In this document: positions 1-8,340 of the stretch, one piece after another
How the letters are laid out: each line of letters starts with the position of its first letter
Position numbering within the stretch: position 1 is the first letter of the stretch
IMG/VR virus record: IMGVR_UViG_3300045988_052159
Coordinates: 1-34,837 of that record
Direction: 5' to 3' (one strand)
From: a virus
DNA length: 34,837 nucleotides
Translations under genes and position numbers: made by a program
Notes under the pieces: generated by a model
Told to the model about the DNA's origin: nothing
The model's database searches: none
What the model saw: the letters and a program-made list of their open reading frames with translations, nothing else

Positions 1-3000
1 TTGCTGGCGCGATCACTCGTAACAATCCATTCTCATTCTTTTCTGATATTGAAGAGAGACATACTTTCAATGTTGGCTCTAAGAATGCTATGGAGGTATT
101 TGCGAAAGATAAGCATTCAATCATTGGCCAATGGGGCGGTGACCTTGTGCGTCATGGTTACCAGGTTCGGCTGTTGAAAAATGGCGGTTCAGAAAATGAA
201 TCGCTTTTTATGTACAAAAAAAACCTGTCTAGCTATCAACACAAGACCTCTACAAAATCTTTGAAAACTCGAATCACCTTCAAGACTACTGTCAAAGGTG
301 AGGGAGAAAAGGCGCCTGACCGTAAGTTTTCTGTGGTAGTGGATAGCCCACTCATTAACAAATACAGTCAAATATACGAAGATGTGATTGAGGTTAATGA
401 CGAAGATGTGAAAGATGAGGCGAGCCTGCGAAAATATGGCGAGCAGTATTTCAAGACATCGCTCTGTGACATGATGGAAGATAGCCTTGAACTTGAGGTT
501 GTCGGCCAGAGTGACGTGCCTGTCCAGATGTATGACATTGTGAGCCTGTTTCATGAGGTATACAATCTGGATGTGCGCAAGAAAATCACCAAATACACTT
601 ACTCACCGATGGCTAATAAGCTACTATCTATTGGATTTGGACGATTCAAGTCAGGTTTGTCCAACATGGTTTCTAACGCGGTCAGTGACGCGGTTAAGAA
701 TGAAGCTCAACAACTTCAAGATGATTTTGAAAGGCAGTTAGCAAGAGAACTCAAGAATGCTGATCTTGCATTTGATAGGCAGAAAGAAGAGTTGGTCAAT
801 CAATTCACAGACGGTCTCAATGCTGCCAAAGCCAGAGCCGAAGAAGTCAAGAGACAACTCTCTGACACTATCGACCAGCGCTTTAGCAGTTTTGACAATG
901 GCCCTTTACAAGAGGTGAAGCGCAGAGCTGAAGAAGCCTTGCGAAATGCTGGCGCCAGCAACTTACTTGCTCAAGAAGCGAAGCGGATTGGGTTGGACTC
1001 TGTTGCCAGACTTGAAGAGTTTAAGAGACAGGCTACAAGCGCTCAAACGGCTCTATCGGGTGATTTGGATGCTCTGAAACGGACTATCGCGAACGATATT
1101 CGACCGAAGCAAGAACAGGTTACAGCTGAGATTGCCAATCAAGTTGAAGCACTTGTTCAGACCAAAAAAGAACTGGCTGGTGTGAAGTCAGCGCAAGCGA
1201 CATATGAAGAGACAACGACGCGTAGACTGGCAGAGCTGACCAACTTGGCCAACGGTAAGGCGAGCAAGTCAGAACTCACACAGACAGCCGAGGAACTGGC
1301 GAGTAAGCTGGCTAGTGTGCAGTCTGGTAGTTCACGAAATTACTTCAGGAATTCACGTTCAAGAACGTTCACGACAGGAGATCAAGCGACATACGACTAT
1401 CGAACATTCATCGTTCCTGATTTTTGGAAGAATAATGATAGATTCAAGCGAGATTATGTCCGCTTATCTTTCGACGTGACTTTCCCTGTCGCCCTAGCTA
1501 AAGATATACAAGCCAATGTTTATTTTGGTGCTCATCCGTGGTATGCCTACAGAAACTTAGTCTTTAAAGGCGGAACGACCGAGCGTCAACATTTTGAGTT
1601 CACGATTGACTTATCTAGCTCTTCTGAAACCTATCAGACTAATAATGTATTCATACGTTTTGGGACGAATTACGGCTTTCCAGCTGATTTGCAGGTCGTC
1701 ATTGAGAACGCTATGTTATCGGTCGGCAATTATTTCCCAGCCTATCAACCAGCGTATGAAGACCAGGAAGACCGTGTGTCAGTTGTTGAATCTAACTTCA
1801 GACAGCGCGCTGATTCGCTAGATGCTGGTGTGAGCCGTCTGACTGAAGGTCTCAGAACCAAAGCGGATGTCAGCTCACTCAACGCAACTGCGGAAAATAT
1901 CCGGCAATCTGTGAAGAGTCTTGAGACAGACACGCAGAACAAGCTGAATCAGAAGTTGAGCATGGCTGAGTTTGAGGTGCGAGCAAGCGGAATCCGTCAG
2001 GAAATCCTGAACGCAACCAAGGATAAGGCAGATAAGACTTTAGTTATTACTGAAGCTGGAAAAATCCGTGAGGAATTGACCACTATTCAGACCTATGTCA
2101 ATAAAGATGGTCAGCGACAGGAAGCCCTACAGCGCTATGCTCGTGAGGAAAGCTCAAAACAAGCAATGGCTGTACGTGAACTGGTCACTCGAGACTACGT
2201 TGGTAAGGCAACCCATCAAGAAGATGTGAGAGGTCTTGAACGTAAGTTTGAATCTATCACCAACCCACAAAATGGTTCGATAGCGACTCAGATTGCCAAA
2301 TACAAAACAGCAGTAGATGGCCGATTTGCAGATATCACTTCATTGATTGATGGTAAGGCTAATCAGGCTGATTTTCAGCGAGTTCGAGAAACTAGCCAAC
2401 TCTATGAGCGAATTTTGGGCAATACAGATAATGGAATTGCTGATAATGTCGCTCGCATGGCTTTGACCAATCAGTTATTTCAGGTTGAGGTTGGGAAGTA
2501 TAGTGTCAGTGGCCCTAACCTTATTAAGAATAGTGATTTCAAAAATGGCACGAATGAATGGGCATCTACTCAAAATCTGGGAAGATTGGTTAAGCATGGC
2601 TTTTATCACAATAGTCAGAAAGACCTCATGCGTTTAAGTAATTCGACTCAAAGTGAAAACTTCTTGTATAGTCCTCGTTTTGAACTCGAACGAAACACTG
2701 ATTATGTGCTGAATTTTCGAGGATTTAACAATAGCGCTCTAGTAAGCTATGATGTTTTCATTTTAGGAAGAAAAACAGGCGAGACCAATGGCTTCACAAT
2801 CATAAATCAGGTTATAAAAAGTAAAAAACTATCCACCGCTAAATGTGAAGACGTCTCAATCACATTTAATTCAGGTGAAATGGATAATGCATTCATTCGA
2901 TTCGATAACAATGGCGCACAATCCGGAACTGCTGATTTATACATCACAGAGGTTGATTTGTACAAAGGCTATAAGCCTCGTCCATGGCAACCACATCCAG

Positions 3001-4121
3001 AAGATGCAGTCACAGATGCGAATGCGAAGCTAGAAGCGATTCGTACACAGATGACCTTGCTTCAAGGCTCATGGTCTGTTCAGAATCTAACTAGTGCAGG
3101 TTCGATTGTTTCGCAAATCAATGCGACCAACAATCAAATTCTGATTGAAGCTGAGAAAATTCGGCTGAAAGGTAAGACCTTGCTTGATGAATTGACTGCT
3201 ATTCAAGGTTACTTTAAGCGCTTGTTTGTCGACGAGGGAGCATTTGCTAAGCTGAACGCTGAGATTATTGCTTCAAAAACCATCACAGCAGATAAGCTGG
3301 TCATGGATATGGCCATGGCTCGGATGTTCGTCTCAAGCGATATCTTCACGGATACGCTTGCGGCTAAAGAGGCCTTCATCAACAAGCTTCGGTCAGTCGT
3401 AGTCACGGCGACTTTGCTTGAAGGTTTCAAAGGGCGGATTGGTGGATTCCAGATTGGGACGCATGAGAAAGACTCCTCTGTGTACTGGATAACTGGTCAA
3501 AATCAATTTTCTGTCGGCATGAGCAACGGGTCTGGCCACTGGTCACAGACAGCTTTGTGGGTCAACTGGGGAAACAATTGGGGCTATCCTGGTGACTATG
3601 CTTGGTTCGTTAAACATACAGGTCAAATGTATTGCTATAATCGCGCTGAATTTTGGAATACTCCCATTATTCATGGAGATTTAAAAGTAACCGGTCATAT
3701 TTTCTACAACAATGAGAACTCAGGAAAATCTGGTCATTGGATTCACTCGTCTAAGTACTCAAATTTTGAGCCATCGGATAACTATCTCTATCTTTATTAC
3801 AGTGGTTCAGGTTACGACTGGATTCCGATGAACAAAGAGATTTCAGACCGTCGATATAAGCACAATATCGAAGCTAGTACAGTCTCAGGTCTCGATGTAG
3901 TCAAAAATCTGAAGACGTACAGCTATCTCAAAGAATATGATGGCAAAACCGAGGATATCGCTTGCGGTATTATGGCGCAAGATGTCCAGAAGTACGCTCC
4001 TGAAGCATTTTTTGAAAATCCTGACGGCGCATACTCTTACAACACATTTGCTCTTGTGCCTTATCTTATCAAGGCCATTCAAGAGCTCAATCAAAAAATA
4101 GAAATATTGGAGAAAACATGA
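1..4121 (+). CDS. Tal-like tail-associated/tail-fibre protein, main part; continues from 34501..34837 across the circular junction (joined CDS 4,434 nt, 1,477 aa)
   Basis: The frame is open from nt 3 with no stop before the ATG at 90, and it matches the ORF running off the 3' end. The protein has long coiled-coil stretches and two jelly-roll/CBM-like modules, each ending Y(F/K)P..QP..ED. Its C-terminus carries SDRRYKHNI plus an S74-type intramolecular chaperone domain. Confidence 0.85.
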   Translation, partial: AGAITRNNPFSFFSDIEERHTFNVGSKNAMEVFAKDKHSIIGQWGGDLVRHGYQVRLLKNGGSENESLFMYKKNLSSYQHKTSTKSLKTRITFKTTVKGEGEKAPDRKFSVVVDSPLINKYSQIYEDVIEVNDEDVKDEASLRKYGEQYFKTSLCDMMEDSLELEVVGQSDVPVQMYDIVSLFHEVYNLDVRKKITKYTYSPMANKLLSIGFGRFKSGLSNMVSNAVSDAVKNEAQQLQDDFERQLARELKNADLAFDRQKEELVNQFTDGLNAAKARAEEVKRQLSDTIDQRFSSFDNGPLQEVKRRAEEALRNAGASNLLAQEAKRIGLDSVARLEEFKRQATSAQTALSGDLDALKRTIANDIRPKQEQVTAEIANQVEALVQTKKELAGVKSAQATYEETTTRRLAELTNLANGKASKSELTQTAEELASKLASVQSGSSRNYFRNSRSRTFTTGDQATYDYRTFIVPDFWKNNDRFKRDYVRLSFDVTFPVALAKDIQANVYFGAHPWYAYRNLVFKGGTTERQHFEFTIDLSSSSETYQTNNVFIRFGTNYGFPADLQVVIENAMLSVGNYFPAYQPAYEDQEDRVSVVESNFRQRADSLDAGVSRLTEGLRTKADVSSLNATAENIRQSVKSLETDTQNKLNQKLSMAEFEVRASGIRQEILNATKDKADKTLVITEAGKIREELTTIQTYVNKDGQRQEALQRYAREESSKQAMAVRELVTRDYVGKATHQEDVRGLERKFESITNPQNGSIATQIAKYKTAVDGRFADITSLIDGKANQADFQRVRETSQLYERILGNTDNGIADNVARMALTNQLFQVEVGKYSVSGPNLIKNSDFKNGTNEWASTQNLGRLVKHGFYHNSQKDLMRLSNSTQSENFLYSPRFELERNTDYVLNFRGFNNSALVSYDVFILGRKTGETNGFTIINQVIKSKKLSTAKCEDVSITFNSGEMDNAFIRFDNNGAQSGTADLYITEVDLYKGYKPRPWQPHPEDAVTDANAKLEAIRTQMTLLQGSWSVQNLTSAGSIVSQINATNNQILIEAEKIRLKGKTLLDELTAIQGYFKRLFVDEGAFAKLNAEIIASKTITADKLVMDMAMARMFVSSDIFTDTLAAKEAFINKLRSVVVTATLLEGFKGRIGGFQIGTHEKDSSVYWITGQNQFSVGMSNGSGHWSQTALWVNWGNNWGYPGDYAWFVKHTGQMYCYNRAEFWNTPIIHGDLKVTGHIFYNNENSGKSGHWIHSSKYSNFEPSDNYLYLYYSGSGYDWIPMNKEISDRRYKHNIEASTVSGLDVVKNLKTYSYLKEYDGKTEDIACGIMAQDVQKYAPEAFFENPDGAYSYNTFALVPYLIKAIQELNQKIEILEKT

Positions 4122-4327
4122 ACGAACAAGACAAACAAATTAGCAGTTTAACAATTAAATCACTAAGCGAGCGAGTCAGTAATGAAGCCACTCAATCGGC
4201 TACGCTAGAAGCTCTCTACACGGTAACCGCTATGGAGCTTGAGCAGATGAAACGAATCATCGAATCTGACGAAGAGCTCAAAACTAAATTTGAAGAAGTG
4301 AAAGGAAAAATGACAAATGGCAATTAA
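4118..4327 (+). CDS. Hypothetical small protein (69 aa) between tail fibre and lysis cassette
   Basis: The ATG overlaps the upstream stop (ATGA). The protein is acidic and helical. No motif recognised. Confidence 0.6.
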   Translation: MNEQDKQISSLTIKSLSERVSNEATQSATLEALYTVTAMELEQMKRIIESDEELKTKFEEVKGKMTNGN

Positions 4328-4952
4328 CAATTATGAACTAGCAAGCAAACCTTATACTCGTGGCTTGGGCGAAAATGTGGCGACTGTAGTAGAAATTCGT
4401 CTCTCAGAAGGCAATCGTTACAGTACGAACATGCGTGAGCTTGTAGGCGATCGTACGAATGAGCAAGAGGACGTCTTGATTCAGGCAGTGCTGGATATCC
4501 TGAAAGCTGAATTGGATCCAGGCGCAGCAATCGTGCAAGCGCAAGCTAAGCTTGAGCAAGCTGAGCAGCAGATTGCGCACAACAAGAGCGAACAGGATAG
4601 ACTTGCTCAAGTCATCAAGCAGACTGAGGAGAATTCGAAGGTGAACCAGAAGGTCATTCATGTTCTTGTCTTGAACTCTGTCATGAGCAAGAATATCGAG
4701 TACGGCACGACTTATAAAGAATTGGTTGAGTTGATTCCACTAGCTGAAGTTGGTAAGACCTACTTACCACATGACCTAATTACCATTGAAGCCCCTGAGC
4801 ACGTAGAGGTCAATGGAGAAGGCAAACGCATTTTGGTTCAACTTAACAAAGAATTCACATACAACGGCGAGCCAGTCAGCGCGTTTGCCACCAATGGCTC
4901 TCTGGAGCAAAACGGAACTGGGGTCGCTTGGAAATTTGAAGGGAAAGAGTAG
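4317..4952 (+). CDS. Hypothetical protein (211 aa), tail/lysis-proximal
   Basis: The ORF overlaps the previous gene by 11 nt and has a central coiled-coil (AQAKLEQAEQQIAHNKSEQDRL). Its position is conserved upstream of holins in streptococcal phages. Confidence 0.6.
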   Translation: MAINNYELASKPYTRGLGENVATVVEIRLSEGNRYSTNMRELVGDRTNEQEDVLIQAVLDILKAELDPGAAIVQAQAKLEQAEQQIAHNKSEQDRLAQVIKQTEENSKVNQKVIHVLVLNSVMSKNIEYGTTYKELVELIPLAEVGKTYLPHDLITIEAPEHVEVNGEGKRILVQLNKEFTYNGEPVSAFATNGSLEQNGTGVAWKFEGKE

Positions 4953-4960
4953 AGGTGTGT

Positions 4961-5413
4961 ATGCAAGATTTGGTATTACAAGATTTACTCGATCACCTTA
5001 AAAATCTATCGTATAGTCCGTACATTCATTTCTTTTTCTGGTTGATGGTATTGGATATTGTGACTGGTTACATCAAGGCATTTAAGACTAAGAGATTTGA
5101 TAGCAAGGTAGGAACAATGGGATTAATTCGTCATTTCGTTGTATTTCTCGTCATCTTACTTGTTGCTATGTATTCACGTTCACTTGGTTTTCGTAGCTTC
5201 GGTATTGCTTGGACAATGTTCTTCTCGTTCAATTATCTGTTTTCAGTAATTGAAAATTGGGAGATGATTGGACTAGCATTTCCAGAATTTTTGAAACCAT
5301 ACATCAATCAGATTAAGAAAGATAACGCTCGTAAGATAGGGCAGTTGCTGGTCAATATCGACCAAAAAGACAAAGTAAAAGTAGAGGAGAAAGACAATGC
5401 AACAAATCAATGA
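4961..5413 (+). CDS. Holin (multi-TM, 150 aa)
   Basis: ATG 4961 follows the RBS agaggtg. There are three to four hydrophobic helices and a charged C-terminus. It sits immediately upstream of a second holin and the lysin. Confidence 0.8.
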   Translation: MQDLVLQDLLDHLKNLSYSPYIHFFFWLMVLDIVTGYIKAFKTKRFDSKVGTMGLIRHFVVFLVILLVAMYSRSLGFRSFGIAWTMFFSFNYLFSVIENWEMIGLAFPEFLKPYINQIKKDNARKIGQLLVNIDQKDKVKVEEKDNATNQ

Positions 5414-5729
5414 AATTATCGCAAATGGAGCAATCAGCATTCTTGTTATTTTGGCTGGTATCGCAGTCAAAGCGGTCAAGGACTACCTGGTTCAAAAAGG
5501 TGGAGAAAAGACCATCAAAATTGTTGAAATCCTTGCTAAAAATGCGGTCAATGCCGTGGAGCAGGTAGCAGCTGAAACAGGCTATAAAGGTCAAGAAAAG
5601 CTGGAGCAAGCCCGCACTAAAATCCGTGCTGAACTGACCAAATACAACATCAGCATGACTGACAAAGACTTAGACACATTTGTCGAGTCAGCTGTGAAGC
5701 AAATGAATGATGCTTGGAAAGGGGAATAG
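5397..5729 (+). CDS. Second holin-like protein (110 aa, one N-terminal TM helix plus charged helical tail)
   Basis: The RBS gaggag lies 8 nt upstream. A TM segment ([12 protein letters not shown]) is present. The gene overlaps holin 1 and abuts the lysin. Confidence 0.7.
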   Translation: MQQINEIIANGAISILVILAGIAVKAVKDYLVQKGGEKTIKIVEILAKNAVNAVEQVAAETGYKGQEKLEQARTKIRAELTKYNISMTDKDLDTFVESAVKQMNDAWKGE

Positions 5730-5731
5730 TT

Positions 5732-6676
5732 ATGGATATTGATACAAGCAGATTAAGAACTAATTTACCTCAGGTTGGTGTACAACCTTATCGACAAGTC
5801 CATGCACATTCAACAGGGAACCGTAACTCAACCGCTCAAAACGAAGCAGACTATCACTGGAGAAAGGACCCTGAACTAGGGTTCTTTTCTCATGTGGTTG
5901 GTAACGGTCGTGTCATGCAAGTAGGACCCGTAAATAACGGAAGTTGGGATGTTGGTGGTGGTTGGAATGCTGAGAGTTACGCAGCAGTCGAATTGATTGA
6001 AAGCCATGGCTCAAAAGAAGAGTTCATGCGTGATTACAAGCTCTATATTGAACTTTTGCGAAATCTTGCAGACGAAGCTGGTCTGCCGAAAACGCTTGAC
6101 TCTGATAGCCTTGCAGGCATCAAAACGCATCAGTATTGCACTAACAACCAACCAAACAACCACTCAGACCACGTTGACCCTTATCCATATTTAGCAAAAT
6201 GGGGAATCAGTCGCGAGCAATTTAAGAAAGATATTGAAGGTGGTCTGTCTGAAGCTAGCTGGAAACGTAATGAAACTGGCTGGTGGTGGGAAGAGTCGGA
6301 TGGTTCTTATCCGACAGACCGCTGGAAGAAAATCAATGGGGAGTGGTTCCGATTTGATAATCGTGGCTATTGCCTAATTAATCGTTGGTTTAATGATGGT
6401 AAAGACTGGTTCTATCTTGATAAACGTGGTGCGATGGTTACAGGCTGGATGTACATCAATAACCGCTGGTATTACTTCAAATCAGATGGGCGCATGGCCA
6501 AGGGTTGGGTGAAATACCGAGAAACCTGGTATTATCTTGACGAGAAGGATGGAGATATGAAATCCAATCAATTCGTTAAATATGGTAACGGCTGGTACTA
6601 CCTCAAACCAGATGGATCTATGGCAGACAAGCCAGAATTTACTGTTGAGCCAGACGGCTTGATCACTACAAAATAA
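5732..6676 (+). CDS. LytA-like N-acetylmuramoyl-L-alanine amidase with C-terminal choline-binding repeats (endolysin, 314 aa)
   Basis: The N-terminus ([19 protein letters not shown]...[18 protein letters not shown]...[27 protein letters not shown]) is near-identical in pattern to pneumococcal LytA. The C-terminus has GW/YY repeats ([29 protein letters not shown]) and the tail [15 protein letters not shown] 5732 is preferred over TTG 5714. Confidence 0.95.
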   Translation: MDIDTSRLRTNLPQVGVQPYRQVHAHSTGNRNSTAQNEADYHWRKDPELGFFSHVVGNGRVMQVGPVNNGSWDVGGGWNAESYAAVELIESHGSKEEFMRDYKLYIELLRNLADEAGLPKTLDSDSLAGIKTHQYCTNNQPNNHSDHVDPYPYLAKWGISREQFKKDIEGGLSEASWKRNETGWWWEESDGSYPTDRWKKINGEWFRFDNRGYCLINRWFNDGKDWFYLDKRGAMVTGWMYINNRWYYFKSDGRMAKGWVKYRETWYYLDEKDGDMKSNQFVKYGNGWYYLKPDGSMADKPEFTVEPDGLITTK

Positions 6677-6718
6677 ATTTTAAATAAAGAAAGGAGATTC
6701 TATTTTTCTTCTTAATGA

Positions 6719-6747
6719 CCCGCAGGCAATAGCTTGCGGGCTTTTTT
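6719..6747 (+). terminator. Rho-independent terminator after the lysin
   Basis: The 9-bp stem cccgcaggc/gcttgcggg (one G-U pair) has the loop aata and is followed by tttttt. Confidence 0.8.
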
Positions 6748-6921
6748 GTTTGCTTTGGAACAAGAAAATATCTAACTGACCGACGTTGATGTCGGCCAGT
6801 TATAAAATAAATGATTTGTCTGAAAAATTGACTTGTTGACATCAACAATTAGCTTTATAAAGCGCATGGTTGCCAATTTTGTTGATGTTAACAAAGATGT
6901 GATTTTAACCATTTTTTTAAT

Positions 6922-6942
6922 GGATACAACAAAGGATACAAC
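6922..6942 (+). repeat. Arm-type repeat copy 1: ggatacaacaaaggatacaac (two GGATACAAC units)
   Basis: This 21-bp sequence is repeated perfectly at 7097-7117, on the other side of the putative core. Confidence 0.8.
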
Positions 6943-6977
6943 GAATCGCTCAAGTCCTATTTTAATAAGGTTTTTGA

Positions 6978-6994
6978 GACTCCCACCGGCTCCA
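6978..6994 (+). other. tRNA/tmRNA-like 3' end (T-arm 3' strand plus acceptor 3' strand), candidate attP core
   Basis: gactcccaccggctcca is a GC-rich island in AT-rich DNA. It reads as ..GACTCCCAC (T-stem) plus CGGCTCC (acceptor) plus A. The ..GCTCCA ending has U at the G3-U70 position, which is typical of tRNA-Ala and tmRNA. No complete cloverleaf is present. Confidence 0.55.
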
Positions 6995-7028
6995 TTATTT
7001 CTTTGCATTCTTTTGCGCATTCCTTGGT

Positions 7029-7060
7029 AAAACGTTGTTAAATCAACGTTTTTTATTTTT
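7029..7060 (+). terminator. Plus-strand rho-independent terminator about 35 nt downstream of the tRNA-like end
   Basis: The 9-bp stem aaaacgttg/caacgtttt has the loop ttaaat and is followed by a T-run (ttttatttttg). The strong T-tract is on the plus strand only. Confidence 0.65.
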
Positions 7061-7096
7061 GTCTTTGGTATTCCTTGGTATTCTTTTGCGAAAAAA

Positions 7097-7117
7097 GGAT
7101 ACAACAAAGGATACAAC
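7097..7117 (+). repeat. Arm-type repeat copy 2: ggatacaacaaaggatacaac, plus an inverted degenerate unit gtcgtatcc at 7124-7132
   Basis: Exact 21-bp copy of 6922-6942. It lies next to the integrase stop codon. Additional direct repeats are attccttggta (7019-7029 and 7070-7080) and attcttttgcg (7007-7017 and 7080-7090). Confidence 0.8.
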
Positions 7118-7131
7118 ATTTTTGTCGTATC

Positions 7132-8214
7132 CTAGAAATCTATGTACTTCGCAAAGCGTTCTCCAATGTCATCCTTTGCTTGCTTAGTTATGTGAGTATA
7201 AACGTTCATGGTTGTTTTTAAGTCAGAGTGTCCTAGACGATGTTGGACTTGCTTCAAAGTCATACCAGCATCAAAGCATAGACTAGCGTGTGTATGCCTG
7301 AAGCCGTGAATTTTAATCGGACGTAGGTCGCTTCCTTCAACAATTTTGATAAGCCATTTTCTGGGAAGAGTGCTTGGAATTGGTTTCTTAAATTCATTTT
7401 CAAAAATATATTTGGTATTTGGATTTTGTTTTCTCCATTTTTTCAAAATATTTTTTGTCTTTTTATCCAAGCTAATCAGTCTATTGCTACTGACGGTTTT
7501 GGTATTACCTATTTCTTCGCCTCCAAACCCCCTTGTAATAGCCTTATTTATGTCCAGAGTATTATCTGTCCAGTCACTCCATTCAAGGGCTAAAATCTCC
7601 CCTTTTCGAGCGCCTGTGAAGGCTAGAAGACGGAATAGAGTTATCTTCTCTAGATCCTTTGTCTTAGCAACAAGTTTCAAGAACTTTTGAAGTTCGTCTT
7701 TGCTGTAAAAGTCGCTCTTGTTATTTGATTTCTTTCTTGTTGATGTAATCACGCTATCAACTGGATTTGTATCAATGTAGCCATGCCTTATTGCGTATTT
7801 AAAAACATTATTCATCAAGCCCTTTAGCTTACGACCATAAACTAATTTCTTCGACCACTCATTGGCTTGTTCCTGCATTTGGAGCGGTGTTATCGTAGCT
7901 ATTTTTCGTTTTCCGAAAGCTGGATAGATGTGATTCTTGAAATTTCTAGATGTTTTGATGTAGGTGCTTTCTTGTACAGTTTCAGAATAATCTTCAAGCC
8001 ATCTTTTGGCAATTTCTTCTACTGTAATATCTTTTCTGTATTGTTCTCCATTTTCTATATCTTCTTGAAGTTGAAGTAGTGCTGCCCTTGCTTTGGCTTT
8101 TGTGGCAAATCCCTTTTTTCGAGCGTACTTACTTTTTCCGTTTTCTTTTCCGACATAAACGATGAAACCATAAGCCGTCTCACCGTTTTTCTTTTTATAA
8201 GACTTGATTTCCAT
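7132..8214 (-). CDS. int: Tyrosine-type site-specific integrase (360 aa)
   Basis: The protein has an N-terminal arm-binding type sequence (MEIKSYKKKNGETAYGF), a SAM-like core-binding region, and the catalytic motifs GARKGE, HGFRHTH and LGHSDLKTTMNVYTH. Confidence 0.95.
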   Translation of the reverse strand: MEIKSYKKKNGETAYGFIVYVGKENGKSKYARKKGFATKAKARAALLQLQEDIENGEQYRKDITVEEIAKRWLEDYSETVQESTYIKTSRNFKNHIYPAFGKRKIATITPLQMQEQANEWSKKLVYGRKLKGLMNNVFKYAIRHGYIDTNPVDSVITSTRKKSNNKSDFYSKDELQKFLKLVAKTKDLEKITLFRLLAFTGARKGEILALEWSDWTDNTLDINKAITRGFGGEEIGNTKTVSSNRLISLDKKTKNILKKWRKQNPNTKYIFENEFKKPIPSTLPRKWLIKIVEGSDLRPIKIHGFRHTHASLCFDAGMTLKQVQHRLGHSDLKTTMNVYTHITKQAKDDIGERFAKYIDF

Positions 8215-8290
8215 TGATTTTTACCTCATTTCTTGATAAAATGGGTATAAGAAAATGACCTTTTGAATGGTTATTTCTTATACATGATTT

Positions 8291-8340
8291 CCTCACACTC
8301 TCCTCGACCAAAATTTGAGTGTGGGGATTTTTTATTTTTT
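8291..8340 (+). terminator. Terminator-like hairpin between the HIRAN gene and the integrase; orientation ambiguous
   Basis: The 10-bp stem cctcacactc/gagtgtgggg (one G-U pair) has a 16-nt loop. The T-run (attttttatttttt) is on the plus strand only and overlaps the stop of the minus-strand gene. Confidence 0.4.

Larger units (their letters stand above)
6748..7131. other. attP region (non-coding, between lysis cassette and integrase)
   Basis: A 384-nt non-coding stretch between the lysin terminator and the integrase stop; the 6772..7119 and 6833..7030 track ORFs here are discounted as spurious. It contains a tRNA-like 3' end, arm-type direct and inverted repeats, and several palindromes (for example ttgttgacatcaacaa at 6833-6848). 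Confidence 0.75.

Noticed and set aside
90-92. ATG at 90 as the start of the large tail gene, as given in the ORF track
   Set aside because: The frame is open upstream to nt 3 and is continuous with the ORF that leaves the window at 34837. The N-terminal Tal domain is encoded at 34501 onward.
6828-6861. Promoter-like TTGACA and TATAAA elements plus the palindrome ttgttgacatcaacaa in the attP left arm
   Set aside because: The spacer lengths (14 or 22 nt) are wrong for a sigma-A promoter, and no downstream gene exists. These are more likely protein-binding sites of the recombination machinery, such as Xis or a host factor.
6960-7000. A complete tRNA or tmRNA gene in the attP region
   Set aside because: Only the 3' T-stem and acceptor portion is recognisable. 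The upstream sequence (aaggtttttgag) does not form a T-loop, anticodon arm or D-arm, so it is treated as an attP core fragment and not as an RNA gene.
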